NCBI RefSeq assembly: GCF_009914755.1
Contig: NC_060930.1
Length of the DNA stretch: 64,000 nucleotides
Origin: the human T2T-CHM13v2.0 reference genome, Homo sapiens
Reading direction: 5' to 3' (one strand)
This document shows positions 57,245 through 64,000 of this stretch, one piece after another (the stretch's first letter is position 1; each line of letters starts with the position of its first letter). The notes below the pieces were generated by a model, which saw nothing but the letters and a program-made list of their open reading frames with translations, searched no databases and was not told the DNA's origin. The position numbers and the translations under genes are program-made.

Positions 57245-57480
57245 CACTGGGCACAGGAAGCACAGTGCCTGGAATCCACAAAAGACTTTTAGGGGCTCTG
57301 AAAAAGTTTTCATTCTTTTTAAAATCAGAAGGAAAAAAATGAATAAAGAAAATGTTTTACCATAATATTAATATGCCTGTCTATACCAATATAGCCGTAA
57401 AATATCATTTTTAATATTTACCTGAGGATTCATGAAGGCAAAAGTGCCCAGGGCTAGCAAAAGTCAGAATGCAGCTCTAG
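57245..57480. mobile_element. hAT (Tip100-type) DNA transposon fragment, family uncertain
   Basis: ttttaggggc...ttttaaaatcagaagg...gaaggcaaaagtgcccagggc...aaagtcagaatgcagctct resembles a hAT-Tip100 MITE end as I recall it. Confidence 0.5.
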
Positions 57481-59132
57481 TTGGAGCAACCCTTTGAGGA
57501 GAACAGAGCGAGTAGGCGGGGCCACCATGCAGCACTCAGCAGCTCACCTGCAGATGTCAAGTGTGTGCTGCGTACACCCCCATGTGTTTCAGCTGCTGTA
57601 TGAGGGTTTCTGTTGTATGCAGCTATTTGAAATTTCTAATGAACACAGCCATTCCCCCCCAACTGACCCCTGCCCAGCTTCTAAGTGACTGAATGGAAAT
57701 GGTAGCAAGGGAGCTTCCCTGACTGTGCACACACCCCAGCACCTCTCACGGGATTGGCTGAAGAGCTTTGCTATTTCAGGTTGGGTCAACAGGATATTGC
57801 ACTCCAGGATTTTTTATTTAAATTTTTTTTCAGTGTATCTCTCTAGTGTAGGGCTATGGCCCAAAAGTGGGCTTAGTAGTATTGCACCTATGCACAAATC
57901 AATTCCAAACAACATTTTGGAAGTTTTAGATGTTTTCTCACTTCAAAATCACCCAGCAGAGGAAACTGCCTCTTTTCCTATGGACGATCTACTTAAGGAA
58001 CAAGTGTTTTTCTCCTCGATAGGCCCTAGCGTCCTTTCCTCAGTCTCCCGCTTCATTTTTAAAGCCAACGCTGGGCTCTTATTCTGCCCTGCACCCTCAT
58101 ATCCCGTTGGCACCTGGCTCAAGTGGAAAAAGCCCCTAGTCCGCACGTAATCTCACTTAAAGAGAAGTAACAAAATTCATCTGAGCTGACTTCTTCGGAA
58201 ACCGGTGATTTCCACCTCTTTTTAAGCTCCTTCCAGTGCCTGCCATGGCTGGCGTTAATAAGAACGCCGGCCCCTCATTTCAGAACTTTCTCTGGTTTCC
58301 TGATTTGGATATGAATGAGATGACAGTAATAAGAGGCCACCGAGATCGCAGACTCATTGAAACACGTTCTTTAGTTGAAGTGGAGAAAGGCTTGGAGAGG
58401 CGCCTTCTGAAAGAGCGTCGGTCCTCCTCGGCATCTTGTAATTTATCTACATCATCTTAAAGGGTGTTTGAGAAAAGTTTGGTGGATCATAAAGAATCAG
58501 TAGAAACATTCAGAGTAACAGAGCATTTCTCTCTCTGTCCTTCTGTCTCAGTTTCTGCCTCTCTCTTTCTTCTAAGCTTAGCATCAACAAGAGTAGGCCA
58601 GATTGAGCCTGTCTTGTGTTCACTTACTGAAGCAGTTTCTGTACCGCGCTGGTTCTCAGTGTATCAGTGAAAGCTAAAATATCACCTTGCAACATTTTGG
58701 CTTCAAGCCTCGATCACGACAAATCTGAGAGCAGAGAAAGGTTACTTGGTAAAAGAACTATGCTTGAGCAAAGGGAGCCTGATTATTGCAGAGAAAATGA
58801 AAGAAAAACATACTAAAGTAGGTCTCAAATGGAAATGGAGTGAAGGAGAAATGAGCCTTCATTTGTGAAGCAAAACGAAGAGACAGAATTAGTTACCTCA
58901 AGGTGTAAACTGTGGACCAGATGAATCAGAAGCACAGAAATATTCAAGGGCATGTGCAAAGATGGGAGGGTGACGTGTCGCACGGCGCACACACACAGCA
59001 GAATGTGGGTCGAACGTGCCCGGCGGGCTGCAGGCCCAGGAAACCCCCACATTCCCGGCCTGAATTCAGTCCAGAGGAGGCTGGCTGGTGTTTGCTGTTG
59101 CATCATGCCTGCAGGAGAGCAAACGAGTCTTC

Positions 59133-59264
59133 TTTATCTTTTTCTCCTTCCCCTCCTCTTTTCCCCTTTCCTCTCTGTTTCTTCCTCTTCCTCTTCCTTC
59201 TCTACTTCTTCCTCCTCCCATTACTCCTCCTCTCCACTCTTTTCTATATCTCCTCGTTTCCTTT
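59133..59264 (+). repeat. Polypyrimidine low-complexity tract
   Basis: About 130 bp C/T-rich, ending in tttag. Confidence 0.85.
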
Positions 59265-59857
59265 AGAGGCTGATCAGTGGCGTTACGCTGAAGAAGGCCT
59301 GCTCTGGTGTTGCTCTGTCGGCTTTATTGATATGTACTTAAATCTTACTTTTATTATATCCTAGGGTGGTAGAAGGTACTCAATTATATCCATGAGGTTT
59401 CTGCAGCTGTTACATAATTGTTACACGCCCCATCACGCTTTATTGCCAGACAATTGACTGCTTTGGGAGCTGTACCTGTAAGGTATTTAAAAAGTAAGAA
59501 ATAATGTTATTAATGGTTTCTTGGTAAGAGGCTCAACATCATTTCAAAACAAACTTTGGGCCTTTGTTTTATTTTTTTTCCAACGGAACTGCAGCATCTC
59601 TGAGTCTTGTGCAGCTGGCCAATGTGATGGCATTTATAGTGAAGGGTCCATGAATGCTTCATGACGGTGCCTCTCTCCCACTGGTGAATTATGTACATTT
59701 ATGTGGCGTTAAAGCCCTCAAATGGCCCCGTGGAGGCGTGGATCTCAGGGAGTTGAGGCTGCCTGAAAACGCCTTGCAGGTGGCCTCAGCCAACCCATGG
59801 GGCGAGATGTTCCTTTCCCTTTCCAAAGCACACAGCGAAGTAAAAACCAAATACCAA

Positions 59858-60487
<630 letters not shown>

Positions 60488-60769
60488 ACCAATCACAACA
60501 ATGGAGAGCAAAGCAACACCCTTCCTGGGAACATGACGGGGTGTTTCCAATTGTGATGACTAGATTGCAGTTTAAAAGTATATGAATTGAGCCCTCATTT
60601 GTGCTTTTATAGTTCTTTATATAGATTTTGACCATTAAACTTATAATCACTTCGTTTGTTTACTTTAAATAGTTTTGGGTTGCCCTTTCTTTATAGCCAC
60701 CGTGAGCTCTTGGGGTGAAGGATAAGGCCCGAGAGCCACAGTGCTGAAAAGCATGACAAGTACAGGCTC

Positions 60770-60975
60770 TGGCAGATCCAAGGGCAACTCCAGCTGGTCT
60801 GCAGAGTGGCTGTGTGACTTTGGGCAAATTATAGGCCTCTCTGAGACTCTGTCTTTTTCTGTGCAAAATCAGGCCAGTGCCTACTGCATTTGTCTGTGGT
60901 AAAGATTCAATAATAGATTTAAACTGCCTACCTCAGAACCCGAAACCAAGTAGGTGCTCAAGAATGGTTAGCTGC
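60770..60975 (+). mobile_element. MIR
   Basis: ggctgtgtgactttgggcaaatta...aagtaggtgctcaagaatggttagctg. Confidence 0.8.
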
Positions 60976-62035
60976 GTTAAATTGAATTAAATGCATAATT
61001 TGCTTTATTTGGACACAGGCCATTACCAGTTAAATGATTCTAACAACACCAACATAAGATATCAAAACTAAAAATCTTTTCCCTAGAAATAATGTTTCAC
61101 TTCATCCTGCATTTGAAAATCCTTTATTTTATCCTGTAAGAAATTCTCTCAGAAACCTAATTTATCTAGAATTTCAAGGGCCAAGCTTAATTTCTGTAAC
61201 CATATAGTTTCGTTCTGCCATAATTATATGTCTTTTAAGAAACATTCCATGAGTTGTCCTTGTAGCCCAAATGTATCCGTTTTTGTTAACTCTGGAAAGT
61301 GCAAGTCTAGGGTATTTCACTTTTGGAAACAGGACTTGATACAATGAGCCATGAAGATTTGACATGCTGGGGTTGTGTCTCCTAAGAGAAAATCAACTCT
61401 GTAATGTGGTTCCAGACCGAGACGGGAATCACAGCGTGTCCCCTTGAGCTGACAGCATTGTGAGGGGGAGTGTGGGGAGTCAGGAAGGGTTCACCATTAG
61501 GCTAGGAGGGGTGGGTTGTTCTCCTGAGAATGGGGCTGCAATGTTTTTGGAAATAAGTGGGCCCCTTGGGCTTGTCTCCTTGGTTTTGTCCAGGCTCAGT
61601 GGAGCACTGTTGGCTGGGAGGAAACATGGCCTTCGATGTTGCCCACTTGGCAGTTTCCACCATTGTTGACTCACTTAGGCTGATGGCAGCTGCCTCTGCT
61701 GGGAAGGAAGCGTTTTTCCCACAACATATTAAATGCGGCACTGGAGGATGGCTGGCTGGTCCAGGGGCCGGATCTGGCTCTGTTGCTCACAATGATTCTG
61801 TTTGGCAAGCGTTTTTAAAAAGCCTTGGTAAGTTCCAGATGGTGACCACTTGCCTCATTTATCCTCCATTTGAAAAATTTCAAAAACTATTCATTTGTTT
61901 GCATACCAAGGCAGTACAGAATCTTCTACAGTGGCACTTCGATGGTAAGAATTGGGGTTTTTTTCCTGTGATTCTTTCCTCCGTGTTGTGGTTTATTTAG
62001 CAGTGATTGGCTTCTTTGTCTGCTTTTAGAATTGG

Positions 62036-62787
62036 GTATATGTTTGGATCAGCTGTATGCATTAGGACCCATTGTATGCATTAGTATCAGCTGAATACAT
62101 TAGGGTCAGTCATATGTATTAGGACCAGCTATATGCATTATGGTCAGCTATATGCCTCAAGGTCTGCTATCTGCATCAGGGTCAGCTATATGCACCAGTT
62201 ATGTGCATTGAAAACAGTTATATGCGTTACAGTCAGCTCTGTGCATCAAAGTCAGCTGTATGCATCAGGGTCAGGTACATGCATCAGGGTCAGCTCCATG
62301 CATCAGGGTCAGCTCCATGCATCAAGGTCAGATATATGCATCAGGGTTGGCTGTGTGCGTCAAAGTCAGCTATATGCATCAGGTTCAGGTATATGCATCA
62401 GGGTTAGTATATGCATTAAGGTCAGCTATATGCATCAGGTCAGCTATATGCATTGGGATCAGCTATATGTATCAGGTCGGCTAAATGCATCAGGATGAGC
62501 TATATGCATCAGGATCAGTTATATGTACCAGGGTCAGCTATATATGCATCAGGTCAGCTATACGTGTCAGGGTCAACTATATGCATAGGCTCAGCTATAT
62601 GCATCAGCGTCAGCTATATGCATCAGGGTCGGCTATATGCATCAGGTCAGCTATATGCATCAGGTCAGCTATATGCATTAGGGTCAGCTATATGCATCAG
62701 GGTCAGCTATATGCATCGGGTCAACTATATGCATGGGGTCAGCTATATGCATCAGGTCAGCTGTACACCTTAGGGCCATTTATGCAC
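62036..62787 (+). repeat. 18/19-bp minisatellite, consensus tatatgcatcag(g)gtcagc, roughly 40 units
   Basis: Directly visible. Degenerate on the left, near-perfect around 62590-62762. Confidence 0.97.
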
Positions 62788-64000
62788 ATGAAGGCCAGTG
62801 ATCTGCATGTCCCTGCTCTTTAATCTGGCAGCTCTTCCCCAGCCAATGATCTATCAATGCCTACCTGAAAAGTGACACCTTCTGTGGGGCAATTTATAAT
62901 CCCTGCTGCTTTGCTCGATAGTTTGAAACAAAGCTACATATAGGACTTATTTGCATGAAACACATAATGTGGGTGGCCCAACTTTGGGTATTCCTCCCCA
63001 CCACCTCCACTGAAAGGCCCTAAATCCACATTTGTCACACGCCCACCTGCTATGAGAATACAATTAAATACCAAATTCTATTCAAGTTTATTCTTTTAAA
63101 AGCCCCAGAAAAGCTTTAAAACCAGACACCAACAAAGCCAATAAAAAGAAAAGAAAGTTTTATAGTAAACCAGGGAAAAGTATAAAAGAAAAAATATAAA
63201 AGAAAAAAATAGGTAAGCAGCATGTTGAAAAGACAGGAAGTCTTTCCAGAAAAGTAAATCAATGTAGAAAAAGGAGTCATTCAGAAAACGTTGACGTATC
63301 ATAAGAGAAAAATAGTAGGTAAAGAATTAAATTGACAAAAAGTCAATAAGAAATGTGAAAAAAAATCGGTATAAAGCAGCTCACACACAATGCAGAATTG
63401 GAGGTTTCCATTGCTAAAGAAGCCTTGCTCTGACTGAACAGCAGCCCAAAATCAAGGCCAGGGGTTCCTATGCTTCCAGGATGCCAAATGCTCCGCTCCC
63501 CTAGGAATGTGATCATTCAGATTGGGTTCTAAAGCTGAAGGGCTTTACTGCTTTTCTAATTTACTAGAAATACACAAATACAACTAAGGAAAGTGAGAGA
63601 GAGATCGCTTTTTGAAGGCAAATTCCTTTTCTCTCATCCCTAGCTCTGCTGGCCAGAGCACAGGTTGAATCTCAAGAGGACCCTGAACTCTAGCAGGAGA
63701 GCCTAGAGCAGGTCTCTGAGTTTCTTACAGAGCCGTATGGAGCTGCTACTGTTTCCAAAGGGGTTTCAGTTCTCTCCAAGCATCCTGACTATATGACCAC
63801 GAGCTACTGCTTAACAAACAGCTGCGGTGGGCTTGGAAGGCATGGGTTCCTGATGCAGGCCTCTAGAAGGTTCCAGTGAGGTCCTGATGGGCCCCCTACA
63901 GCATCCTCATGGTCATGCTGTGTTCTTGTCTCGAGCAAGGAACCACTGCCATTATGGCAGGGGGCACCACTTATGACATTTGCAAACCCATTAGCATTGC

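Noticed and set aside
61594-61833. Possible exon bounded by ttttgtccAG and TTG|GTAAGT inside a 147-aa ORF
   Set aside because: Peptide not recognisable. Such splice-like pairs are common by chance and nothing else supports it.
62133-62823. Repetitive ORFs (YMHQGQL / SAICIR) and a CRISPR-like appearance
   Set aside because: Head-to-tail tandem repeat with no unique spacers and no cas genes, in a primate context. The ORFs are by-products of a stop-poor unit.

Overview
Primate (human-like) non-coding genomic DNA, intergenic or deep intronic. I found no credible protein-coding exon, RNA gene or processed pseudogene. Every ORF I can recognise in the six-frame track derives from Alu, L1, L2, CR1 or MaLR sequence or from a tandem repeat. 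The window is largely a stack of transposon fossils: about 20 Alus (J, S and Y classes, most with readable target-site duplications), a 4.6-kb rearranged L1MA inside a HAL1, several older L1M pieces, L2, MIR and L3/CR1 relics, solo LTRs (THE1 x3, MLT1 x4, one MER66-like ERV1) and DNA-transposon MITEs (Tigger4a, MER63 x3, MER5). Between these lie TE-poor, CpG-enriched or motif-dense blocks that may be regulatory. The oddities most worth checking are: (i) a TSD-flanked mini-Alu whose ~200-nt internal deletion runs exactly GT...AG; (ii) an L1 with a permuted/duplicated ORF2 segment joined at a microhomology; (iii) a ~750-bp 18/19-mer minisatellite built from nuclear-receptor half-sites; (iv) small tandem repeats and an unexplained inverted repeat. 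I cannot support a claim of a new biological system. Repeat subfamily names come from my recall of consensus motifs, not from a RepeatMasker/Dfam run, and boundaries of old elements are approximate. The locus was not identified.
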